This document shows, piece by piece, positions 24,534 through 37,100 of a stretch of 64,000 nt of DNA. Every line of letters begins with the position of its first letter. The first letter of the stretch is position 1. Source of the DNA: Tubulanus polymorphus (Eukaryota; Animalia; Nemertea); NCBI RefSeq assembly GCF_964204645.1, contig NC_134032.1, forward strand, positions 7,924,275-7,988,274. The letters are read 5' to 3'. The notes below the pieces were generated by a model, which ran no database searches, was not told where the DNA came from, and was given only the letters and a program-made list of their open reading frames with translations. The translations under genes and the position numbers were made by a program.

Positions 24534-25118
24534 GTTGACATGCGATGTGTGATCTGTCAGCGCTGGAACTGTGAATAAGCAAAATGGTGACATACGAGAT
24601 AATCATTTCACGTGATCACAGGTCGCTGAAATCGGGCGGATTTTGACACAGGGACTTGAGACCGATTTTGACCCCAGTGTCCTAGGTACTATATATAAAA
24701 AGACTTTGTACCTAGGATACTGGGGTCAAAATCCTTTTGTATCAGGTCCCTGTGAATTTTGAGTGAAATTCGACTTGTAGAAATTCGAGTTACTGCCGTT
24801 GAATTTCGAGATAATAAATCTACGACTGAAACACTGGCCGAAGGACTTCGACATAATCAACTCGAAATTCGACATGAAAAGAAATTTCGACATCATTAAC
24901 TCGAAATTCGACTTATGATAAGTCGCGAAATTGTGAAAAAAGTAACTCGTATGTCACCTAGGGGCTTCCGTAGAAATCGGATCAAAATCGAATCGAGAGG
25001 CGCTGCGGTCATTGTTTGGTTAGAAACGTCAAATTTCCAATTTCTGATTAGCATCAACCCGATCCGGCTTCATATATCGAGTTTCCCGTCGCCAAATTCG
25101 CGGAGACGACGCTGAGAA
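24534..25118. promoter_or_regulatory. Putative bidirectional promoter between ADI1 and the C8orf34-like gene
   Basis: The divergent start codons are 585 bp apart. The interval is CpG-rich and has a palindromic E-box TCACGTGA at 24608-24615. TSSs cannot be determined from sequence. Confidence 0.6.
24647..24754. mobile_element. 108-bp palindromic deletion derivative of the CACAG-ended family
   Basis: CACAGGGAC..GATTTTGACCCCAGTGTCCTAGGTAC / GTACCTAGGATACTGGGGTCAAAATC..GTCCCTGTG. Confidence 0.8.
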
Positions 25119-28100
25119 ATGACGTCCCAAATCAGAGTTCAAAGTTACCTCGAAAAACATCAAATAAGCGCCTTATTTGAGGTATGAATTTTACTAAAAA
25201 TTTTATGCCCGAAAATGCTACACACACACACAGTCACAGGTATGATAAATTCAATTCAAATCAACAATGATATTTTTCCTTTGATTGTGAGATCTTGGAT
25301 GTCAAAGTCGAAACTGCATGGACTCTATCTAAAACCTTGGTGAAGAGGTGAAACCCCCTAAACTCTCTTCGAGTGTTGATAAACTCCAAATGATCTAATT
25401 TTGCAAGGCCTAACTCCTGTCGACACAGGACGGACCGCTTCCTTCACTTCAGCTCAGCCCCTTCAGCTTTGGTTTCAGGATAAGGTAGCACACGCTCGTT
25501 CAATTTCATGAAAAACCCTTTCCTAGATTTTATGAGTTTCTCCAAATGACCCCTTTTCGGAGAAAATCTTGGGTGATTTCATTGAAACAGCCCCTTTTTT
25601 GCAAAAAGAAGGGAGGTTAAACTATGAAGCATTATAATGAAAAGAATAGCTTTATTTGCATCCTACCGTTCACACATGATCAAAATGAACGACTTTCCTA
25701 TATATGGATAGTTGTAAAAACAACAAAAATTCATCAAAATGTTGAAAATATAACCGTGTTTGTTTACTTCGGGTTTCTCCACGTCTTGAAATTGTAATAA
25801 CCACCGAAAACATGACACAGCCGCAAAAGTTGTATTCTTTGCTGGGCCTTATCAGCAATAAAGACCTAATATATCATTCAAAATGATACACCTGTGGCGT
25901 AACATTGGGCAGCCACATCATTAGGCGCATCGGACAAAACCACTCTCGGAAAGGTGAGCTGGAGACTCTGGGCAACTCTGGGCACAGCTCACGACCGAGT
26001 CGATCAGCCATTTTTACGGTGAAGAAGATACGTGTCAAGTCAAGTTTGAAAGTTAAAAGATGGGTTTAAAAGACACGGTTCGAATCCCGAAACTTCCTCA
26101 TACTGATCCCGAAATCTGATAGGCCTAATTAAAAATTGTCGACATTTTGATTTTTGTCACATATTAGAAATTTATACACCCTTATTTTCATTTTCACGGA
26201 AATTTTCTTATAAAGAACCCCTTTTTTTCAATTATCTCGGGGATTTCTACCCGTGATTGGAATCAATTCTATAACCCATTTCCCGTGCATCCCATATGTT
26301 GAAGAAGTGGTCCGCCCGGGCAATCTACTGTCGAATAACAATTTATGTCGGAAACGTAACGTCTAATGTCGGTTTATTTTAGTCTGACATCAAGGTTTTG
26401 GGATATTGCTCTTAAAATTTTGAACAAATACAGTACCTCAAATTGGTGTTAATACGACCAGTGAAACTGTACTTTGCAATCTAGAAAAATCCATTGTTTT
26501 TATATCCTATATATCGGTACACTGTTTTGAAGCATTGCTAAAACCTCTTCTTTAACTCATTTGAATCAAAGAAAAGAGACTCCGTTTCACGAACTAAATC
26601 AATTTTAACGATATGTTTCCACGCCTTCTATTTGAAATTATTTTCGAATCATAAAAAATCATGGTTCGTATGCATGGCAACTCAGGAAACATGTTGTTAG
26701 AATTTCAAAAATGGCTGATCTTTTCTCATTTCAACAACAGAAATGCAATGCTTCAATACAGTATAAAATGGATATGAAAACAATGGTTTATCTAGATTCA
26801 CAGTTTCACTGGTCGTATTAAGACGAAAATAATTGAGGTAGGCTATATAGGCCTATGTGTTAGAAAAATTAAGCAAAATATCCCAAAAAATTGATGTCAC
26901 ACGAAAATAAATAGACATTAGAATAATACCATATCGGCAAAATTAAGCGGTTTCCTATATTTTCAATGATTTTTTGTTTTGATATAAATTTCCATTTTTT
27001 TTCCCAGGAGTTGATGGCTAAGATTATTCATACGCAACCGGATGATCCGTTGATATATTTATCGGCTGTGATTGAGAGAAAAATCGAAAGAAAGCGCGGC
27101 TCCGTAAGTTTTGGAAGAGATTTAGGCTCTCGAGTTAGGGAAACTAGCCTGGAACTAGCATGGTCCCTGATCTTATAATCCCTTACGCCCCTACCTACCC
27201 TTAATTACCTCTTAAGCCCTGGCCCGACCCTCTAAGACATAGACCTTGCGTAAAAGTCTTCTTCCCCTAAACCCTACCTATTGTGAAGCTTGAATCTCGT
27301 TTTGTTGTACCCTTCCACACCCTGTGCTCACACTGAACCTACTGTTTCTTTATTCTAGACCTTAACCAACCCCTAAATGTAAGGGGGGTCATCCCGATGT
27401 TTGCCGCTACCGATGTTTCCCGCCACCGATGTTAGTACTATAAGCGATGCCCAGATTATTTAAACCTTTTTATGTAATCAATATCAATAGAGAGTGAAAT
27501 GTTTGTTTTGAAATTGATGCAGAAAAGGTTATACGAAATAACAAAAATTAGTTGTCGTTATTGTCGGAAAAATCATCCCGATTCCCCCAGACTATTAATG
27601 AATTCCAGAATCCAATTTCCCAGCCTAAGAAAATGGCCAATCCTTTGTCAAGCAGAAACCCTTGCTATCCTATTCATTCGAATGCAACCTTCTTTATTTT
27701 CTAAATGTATATCAACCCTTTATCAGATCAGGGATTTGTAACAGATTGACAACGATAGTGTGATAGGGTGATAAGATAATCCAGAATTACACGATATAAG
27801 CGGTCCGATGAATAGACAAATATATTAGGCCCCTACACGGTGCACAATTTTTCTAATAAATGATTTTGAAAATTGAAATCATTTATTGGAAAAATTGTGT
27901 ACTCTGAAATATGTCTATTCATCAGACCGCTTATCGCTGATGGCTTTGGATCAGTACAGGGAAACATCGGTACCGGGAAATATCGGTACCGGGAAACATC
28001 GGTACCGGGGAACTTCGGTACGCACCCAACGTAAGGCATACTCTATAACAAATTCGCTGCCACTAATGCAGTAGTGCCTTTCATTGCCACTACTAATTGG

Positions 28101-31100
28101 TACTGGAGCCATAACATTGTCAGCCTTTGCTCGAAATAGACCAATGAGCATTGAGAATGAAGCTGACTTTTTTCACATTGCTAGCCAGTGGGAAACTGTG
28201 TCATTCCCGTGTGCCAGAGTGCAAATATAACAGTGAATAAGAAGGATCAGCCATGGCAATTGTGAAAGAACCATATAGATTCGTAGCCGGCACAAACGTT
28301 TCAACCCTTGCCCTAAATCTATCAGTACCTGATCCTAAACCCTTTGATTATATTCACAGCAAAATTCTCTACAGTTTTAATAAATGTGGCCTTGATTTGT
28401 AGGCGTCTGCAAATCGACGAAGCACCGGTGACCTTCGAGGTGAACGACCTTCAACTGTAGCCTGGGCCAGCGTGGGTAAGATGTTATGATTATTGGTTTT
28501 GCAAAAATATTTCAAAGTTCGAATTTAACGGAGTAATGAGTGAAACCTAATTGGCATAATTTCCATCAATAATGATAACAAATTACTTATTTAAGGGATA
28601 ATTTGATTCAATTATAACAAAAATGTAGAAGAATTGAATGCGGAGGACCACCACTCCATCGAAACATGATCCCCAAAGTGTTGAGGTTTCGCTCTAAAAT
28701 TTCATTAATAATCAGTTTATCTGTGTTTATTAACCCTTTTAAGTTCATGCTCGACCCTAGCTCGAGACCGAAAAACATTGGCTTCACGTTCATGCTCAAC
28801 CGTAGGTAGTGCCCCGGCGTGCGCTGTGAAAAGTGTAAATTATCGTTGTTTCACCTACAGGTTTTCATCATAGCACATCATTAGTTGTTAGATGGCGTTT
28901 CTGTTGATTATTCGCCGTAAAAATTTTTGATGGTTGCAATTCATCGTTTTTGAGCAATTTTGAGTCAAAATTTGTCATTTTTTCGAAATAAATAAGGTAA
29001 AATCATGAATATAGATCAAGTTGATTATAAATCTTTGCTTATGATGAGTTTTTAGACTTTTCAAGGCCAAGTCCTGGCCCCGCCTCTGATGAATCTGACA
29101 AATACTGACCAATGCTATGTTACTAAAATACTCAAACCTGGTATCATATGAAAGGTCATAATATTGTCTACAAACTTTTTTTTCGCTACTAAGCTATAGG
29201 ACTGATAGTTTTTGAACTTTATAGCTTCAAATATGAGTTTTCGAAAAGCGCAACAATGGCTGAAAATAATTCAATTTCTAGGGTAGTCGCAGTGTAAAAA
29301 ACTTGAACTTAAAAGGGTTAAACATCTCTCAGTTTGCTCAGTACAGATCTTGCATTCCAAAAATTTGCATAAACTGGTTTTTGGCTTCATCTATTGATGA
29401 TGGTTTGCCGAGAATAATACGTTCGCTTATTGCTGAAAAATAGCTTCGACGGCCCGTGGTGTGGTGCCTCCTACTGTGTTTTTTTATGCCAATGAATCTG
29501 ATGATAACGTCGGCAATGTTTCTGGGTGTCCACTGAGTAATGAATCGCTGATGTATGAAAACAAAAACAACTTAACCCTTAACCTGCCAGCAGCTTTAGT
29601 GTTAAGTCCTGTGTGTGTCAGATGATTTGCATGTTATTGAAATTTACTCATTAAATCCTCATAACTTCCAAACTAGGCTATTGTATATAGGGCATTGAAA
29701 CTTCACAAAGTAATAGTTTATTGTCATAGCCACGGAATATTGCTGAAAGATTATACATCCGATTTTTGAAAGGGGGGTCCACTTGATGGGGTCATTTTTG
29801 GGGGTCCAGCACAAAAAGACCCCCTTAAAAGTCAGAATACTCACAATTTTGTGTTACATTGTCGATATTCATAAATAAAGACACCGTAGATTACTGAATC
29901 CATCGTTAAAACCTTTATTATGCTTCTCATTAATATTTGAATAATCATCGAAATCCCGAAATATCAAATAAACGGGGCGTTTTTGAGGTAAAAAATCTTC
30001 TAAATATCAAAAGTGGAAATTACTTTCGGGTTTGGATTCTCGAGTATCGGCAGTCGGGGTGCGTTAAGAACTACGGCGAGGCACTTGTGACATAAACAAA
30101 CTTTAAACGCGAGATAGGTCAGGCTGTCGACTACAGTTGCCTACGGCAGTTCCCCAGTGTGTCGACTACTGTCGCCTGCCGCAAGTTAAGGGTTAAGGAG
30201 AAATTGTTATTTCTAAATGCAAAATACTGAACACATTTGATGATAATGGTACATATAATACATATCAAAAAAATTACGGAACGAAACGCCACATGTCATG
30301 TGTGACAGACAGTAGCAAACCTGGTGGATCCTTACTCGTCCGAACAAGCAAGGACACACCAAGTTCGCTAGTAATGATAGGTGGAATCCTCTCAATTTCT
30401 GTAGTAGTGTCGGAAGTTCCACTATCGCTAGTACTGTTTCATGCCGTGATTTATTTATTTGTCCTCTTTGTTGTAGATGGAGGTGTCACCGGGGCTAAAG
30501 ATCGCGGCAACTACGAGAAACCGTGGCAGACGAACAGCAGACGCAAACCACAAACTAAACATTCCCCTCCGGAACTGACTAAACCACGTAAGCGTTATCC
30601 CCATATGACATCATCACATTTCCGCCGCGTACACCTTTTCAGAATTGATTGCTCCGACCGTAAATCCCCCTATGACAGCAAATAACCCCTAAAGGCCTTT
30701 CCAGGAAAGATGACTGTCTACTCTGTCATAGTACTACTATGACATAGTAGACAGTCATCTTTCCTGGAAAGGTCTTTAGGGGTTATGTCATGATGAGGGG
30801 CCATGATGGCAGACAAAGCTATAGACCTTTCCAAAGAAGATGGCTGCCTTCATAAATCCCTTAATGACCTCATATTGTCTATTCAAACAGATACAGTTAA
30901 ATCTCGGCCATCGTGGAATGCCGATAATAAAGTTCCATCTGCCGACTTCGATGAACTGTGGAATATTCGCACAGATGGCACCACGGGCAAAACTCGCCAA
31001 ATGACTAGAGACAGGTCAAGGTCGCGAGAAAGGGCTGCGGTAAATGTCTGTTTGATATCTGTTTGATATACAAGACGAAATGATAAAGTATGAAAAGTTG

Positions 31101-34100
31101 ATTCGTTTGGTTATTTCAGGATGATCCGAACGCTTTGACGTTTCAGAGTTCCGGTTATTACGGTCCGGTACGACCCCATTACGGAGATCCACTCTCTGAT
31201 GAGTTACCAATCCAGCGTACAAGCAAACAGAACCAAAGCGACAGAAAATCAGTCGTGTAAGTTACATCAATTTTTATATTTATTTCACGGAAAAGCAAAA
31301 CGATAAAATCAAGGAGAAAAATATTTCAAAAAGAAGGGAAAAAAATTACAAAGATTTGGAGCACGTTTTCCAATGTTGACCACCCATGCAAAGCCATTAA
31401 AGGATGCTAGAGTAGGCGCCCACTGAAAGAGAGAGAATATGGAGAGAAATGAGAAACCTTCACCATTCCAACACAATTTGGAAAATGGGAATAGTGTACA
31501 GGGATGAAAATTTCCCGCTTTTTGGCGGTGTCCCGCTTTTTTGTGATGAGAAATTTAAAAAAACCGAGCTTTCCAAATCGTCCCAGATCCTTCGAGAAAT
31601 TGAGGGCTGGAAGGTTTGCTGTGTCTGGCATTATGTTTCGGCTCACAAAACTGAGTATTTTAGCATGCTTGAAGGTACTTCGCCCAAAGATTTTCGTTTA
31701 TGCTGCCATCTGGTATTGCCAATATAAACTACTGTAAAAAAATAACCACTTCGTGCTGCCATCTAAAGAGTTGAAACAAGGCTGTTGAGGAAATCGTGCT
31801 GGGTACCCCCACTTACTTTGAGCTTAGTGCCTATGTTGCAGTGTAGCTGCAATTTCAGTAATTTACAGAAATTTTCATCAAAAGTCCCGCTTTTTTCATA
31901 ATCCCTGGTTTTCATCCCTGGTTTAGCTTTTTGACTTAATTGTATGTCGATGAAGTCTTCATAATGACTATGGACACCCGTCCGGAAATAACATGTTCAC
32001 AAAATTCCGTGCGTCAAAACTCATATTTTGTAACGTCCGCTTTCGTTGTGCAATTAGTGCCATTTAAAACGTTACCGATCAAAGATGAAACAGTGAGAAT
32101 ATGAAAAATTCCAATTACAAAGTAATTAGCATTGAAAGTTTGGTATTTTTAGCCCACTTGGGACTTTAGTCCCAGCGGGCTATTGCGTTCACTTTTCGTC
32201 CGTCGTCCGTCCGTCCGTAGACGGAATCCAGTTATTTTGGGAAGTTTTGAAGACGCTTCAAGGTAACGTCTTGATATTTGGGTTACACATGCTTCTACCC
32301 TAGACACATCTTCAGCCCAACTCGCCCTGTCAGAATCAAGATGGCCGACTGGCAGCCATTGTTGTTCGTCAAAATCAGCACTTTTTACACATTTTTGAAC
32401 TTTTTGAGGGAAATTTTGAAGACGCTTTGATCAATTTACCTTGATCTTTCGGATATATGTGAATCCCCCCAGGGCCCATCAACATAACAAAAATTGGGTC
32501 CGTCGGATTCAAGATGGCCGTCCTATGACCTTTTTAGTGCCCAAAAATGTTAATTTTGGCCCGAATTCTGAGTCCTGTAGCTTCCTACTGGTTTGCCATT
32601 TCTCATTACAATTTGTGATGGGTATTCTTTGGAAAGGGATATTTTATACCTGAGACAGGTATTTTTCATCAGCCAATTATGACGCAATTGGCGGCCATCT
32701 TGGTGTCACCAGTACTCATTCGTAAGTTGGAAAAAGTTTTTCCACATTATATTGATACCTAAGCGTATTTTGCTACCACAATCAATTAGAAAGTTGTAGC
32801 TCATAACGTGTTCTATGATTGTGGTGAGTTTCAAGGTAATTGGATTTCGTATATGGCCACCAGGGGGCGTTGAATAATACAATATCTTAGCATTTCTTTA
32901 TTATATACGTACCTATGCATATTTTGTAACCACAATCAATTGGCAAGTTGTAGCTCATGACATCATCTATGATTGTTGCGAGTTTTAAGGACATTAGTTT
33001 TTCTATATGGTCACCAGGAGGCGTTGAATAGTAGAATAACTTAGTATTTCCTTATTATATTGGTACCTAGGCATATTTTGTTACCATGATCAATTGCAAA
33101 GTTGTAGTTCATGACATGTTCTATGATTGTGGTGAGTTTCGAGGTCATTGGGTTTTGAATATGGTCACCAGGGGGCGTTGAATAGTAAAATGAGTATTTC
33201 CATATTAAATTGGTAACGAGGCATATTTTGTTATCACAATCAATGACAAAATCGTAGCTGTTGACATGTTCTATGATTGTGGTGAGTTTCAAGGTCATTG
33301 GTTTTTGTAAATGGTCACCAGGGGGCGTTGAATGTTGAAATTGTTAGATTGTTGAGCATTTGAAACCACTTCCCAAGTGGGCATGGTGTCCCTGGACCCC
33401 TAGTTTCACAAAAAAATATGTTCCATCCAAAAATGCTATTATTGCTGTTCCTTACATGGTTACGATGTAGCGTAAACGGACGAGTGGATTGGACATTTTT
33501 GTACCAGTCTTTTTGTCTAACTTCAATCTTGTACAGCTTACTGGCCAACTTTTTGCCAGTTACTGCTATTATTAGCAGTTTGGACTTATGCTGTTAAATC
33601 AGTGAGTCAACCAGCATTGATATGTGTCCTGCCTGAATAACATGGTTTCACTAGGATTCAAATCCCACAACCTCGCGGTTGTGAGTCAAACCCATTATCC
33701 ACCATGCCACAGGACAGGACAAGTGGACATGGTGTCATTAATAGGATACAGGAGTCGTACTTATTTGCTGTACTTTCCGTACAATTTTTGGATGTTCTGT
33801 TCTGAGAAATGATTCGGCTGAAGACATGGTTGAATTCCTATATTTTTCATAGGCCCTTTTGCAGGCCTGAATATTAACACTGACACAATGCGCGCGTACG
33901 ACGTGTGAGTCACGCGTGCGTGAAGTGCGCCGCTGGGCTGCGAACTGATGAAAGGAGTGAAATAGAATGTAGTTGCAAAATAGATTGGTTGTAAATAATG
34001 ATCTCAAATTAATCGATGGACTGCTCAATTCTTGGTTTTGACAACCATTTGGGGGCATAAGAGTGAAACTGTCGGGAAGTGATTTTTTTAGGTCATATCC

Positions 34101-37100
34101 ATTAAGCAAATCATGAAATTTTTGGTTAACGATTTAAGGTAAGGTAATAGAATCAGTTTGCCCGAAAAATAGGTTATTAATACTGCGAACTGGTGATTAG
34201 GATGGAGTAGTACACAAATAACTTCTTATATCGTTGGCGTATTGGAAGGGATTTACATCCCGCACTGATTGGAAGGGATTAACATCCCGCACTGAAGGAC
34301 AACTAAAATATTGGTTTTTTTGCACGTTTTGTGTGTTCCTTTGCGGTACTATGTTCAGAGTAGGCATAGAATGGTATTGCATTTAATGGATTATTCGAAT
34401 ATGATTATCTCAAATTTCAAAATTGTTTCTGGATTCTTATGTGCCCGGTATTGTTAAGCATAACTGTAGTATTTTTGATAGATTCTGAATTCATGAAAAA
34501 GCAAGACAATTGTACAAACTGAAGCTACATTGACCGCCGCCGGTCCTTGTATATTTTCCCAGATTGTCTGGAACTTTTAATTTTCTCGACGAAGTGTCAA
34601 GGTCCACGAACCTCTTATTGAATTGTAAGATTCCTGGTCGGGTTTTTCTTTCAAAGTTTTTCCTTTTCCATTTTGTCAACAAAGATAATTGATGCATTTC
34701 AGTGCGATAGTGCCCCTAATATTGCCTTTGTGGACATGAAAGTACAGGTTTGGGATGTGATAACTTCTTCAAAACTGGCCCGTGAGTGCACGAATACACA
34801 TAATATTGCATTTTTGGATATGAAAGTGCCCTTTTGGGATACGACAAGTTCTTCAAAATAGGCCTCTGGATCGGTCCCTACCACTAGCCATACATTCTTC
34901 TTCGTACGCGTAGGCCTATTCGTTTCCCGCTGAATATTTCCTGATTTTCCTATTCAGAAGCAGCAAATTAAAAGGTCAGAAGAATCAAGCGAACCGCCAC
35001 CGGTCGCAGTTGAAGGATTTAGTCGCCAAGCAGACGGCCGCCGATTCCGGAATCGAAGACGATTCCCGACCGGATTACGACGTCGATTACGCGGTCGACG
35101 TGATGGGTACGTTTGATTTACGAGAACCTTTAATAACCGGTGATAGTTTCAATTTGAAATATTTTCACACGGTCTGAAAATTTCATTTTATCATAGAAAG
35201 CGCTGACGACTTGCGAAATGAAGGGGTTCGCAATGTGAAGTCCACAGGAGTCCGATTGGCTAAGGTAAAAGATTTTCCTCGCATTCATTCGTCTTTAATG
35301 ATATGGATTACCCTATTAGCACTCAAACATTCACCCTGCCTTATACTCCTCAAGGCGCCCGAATCTGCCCTGGCTCTTCTTACGTCTGCTACACAAAAAC
35401 AGTTACAGTGGGATTCGAACCCAATAGCTTATGATAAACTAGACTCCCAAGACATCGGTACTCCGTACAGAAATCAACATGTTCCTACCGGTATTACAAA
35501 TTCTGGAGTATTTGGAATAATGAACATGACAGATCGGCTTGCTCACCTATATGTGCTCACTTATTTCCGAAAAAGTCTGGATGAATTTCGGGGGGCATAA
35601 AAGGTCACAATTTTGGTGGCCCACCTCATCAAATCTTATATCATGTAAAAGCCTTCACTATTTACTACAAGATAATAAATGTGGATGGATTTTCCCCTGA
35701 ATTTTGTGAGGAGTGATAGACACTACATAGTGAAATCCGTTTTTATGGGTTAATCAGGTTTTACAGCATCTTCAAAATCTCGTAAACCTTGATTGGAATA
35801 TGATCGGGATTTACTATACGGATCAAACACGTTTTACTCTACGTACCTCAGATTTCTAATAACGAATGAATTTCATCCGTCCCGCATGATCCCGATCACT
35901 GAACCTCAGATTTATGATTTCATTGTTCCGAAATTCATTGAATAAGCGAGGCTGGTACTTCAGGGTGGCGACTGACCTGGAAAACTCAAGGAATAAGGAA
36001 AAATCAGGGAAAACTCAGGGAATTTGACAGATTTTGCGGAAAAAATCCAGGAAAACTCATGGAATTTTGTGTTAAGGCCTTTAACATGGATAAATCAGAG
36101 AAAACTCAGGCAATTTGTAAATTGGAGGAAAGTGGCCACCCTGTGCTTCATTGATTAATAAATGGAATAATTGATTAATTGCAGAAGCCTGCTCTTCAAA
36201 AGAAGGTTCGTTGTGATTTAAGTAGAAAACTTATCATATTTTTTTAACACCCACTTGCGATTTGACCATTTTTTGCACCATGGCTTTTTTATGACTAATA
36301 ACAAAGTTGAAATTTGATTTTTTAACACTTCACTGGAGTTGCATTTCGATTCATTATTTCGTAGTATTTCCATTGTAGTATTTTCAAGGTAATTTTCTCG
36401 TTTTTTTAATCGTGTTTCTTAAAGAAAATGCGCATTAATACTTTTGATTGTAGTCTGCAGGTTTAATAGACTCCAGACTCTATTCTCTTACCCAAACCTA
36501 GATGGGCCTATGGGCAATGGAAATTATTAATTGCTTCAAGAAGACCTTCGGGAATATATTTTGTCATCTATGTTCTCTTTTGAAATGAAAATTGAACTAA
36601 CCCTGGGTTTATGTCAATACCAGTCTATAAAACTGGCTGACCCCTAGAATTTCTGCCCCCACTACTTCACAAAAACCAAGATATTAGTTGGCTATGAGTT
36701 GTTTTGTATATTTTTGGTAAGGCCTTTTTAAGATCTGACTTTTTCAGCCAAACCAGGCTGGAGAAAAATTCATGGAATTAATTTCTCAAAGTTCAGACAA
36801 AATTTAGATCTTTCATAGAATAATCACTAATGCATTGAAGTATTTACACTTTTAGTATTTCTGGCACTTTTGATTAAATTTACGTTCATTTTAACCATTA
36901 GATAATCATTTCTTCGTATACCTAGGAACTAATTGATAATTTGTTCACAATATTTTTTTGCCAAAGATAGTTTTGAAATTTATGTTTTGTTTTTGCAGAC
37001 GTTCAGCGCCGATCCAGAGCCGTTAGTGAGAGTCAGCATCTGTTCACGTTGCGCTCGCGTGGTTACCGGTAGCGACCCGGTTACCAATAACCAACCTGAA

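Noticed and set aside
33655-35460. tRNA genes suggested by GGATTC(G/A)AA motifs near 33655 and 35411
   Set aside because: Only T-arm/B-box fragments with no complete cloverleaf, so more likely decayed SINE heads.
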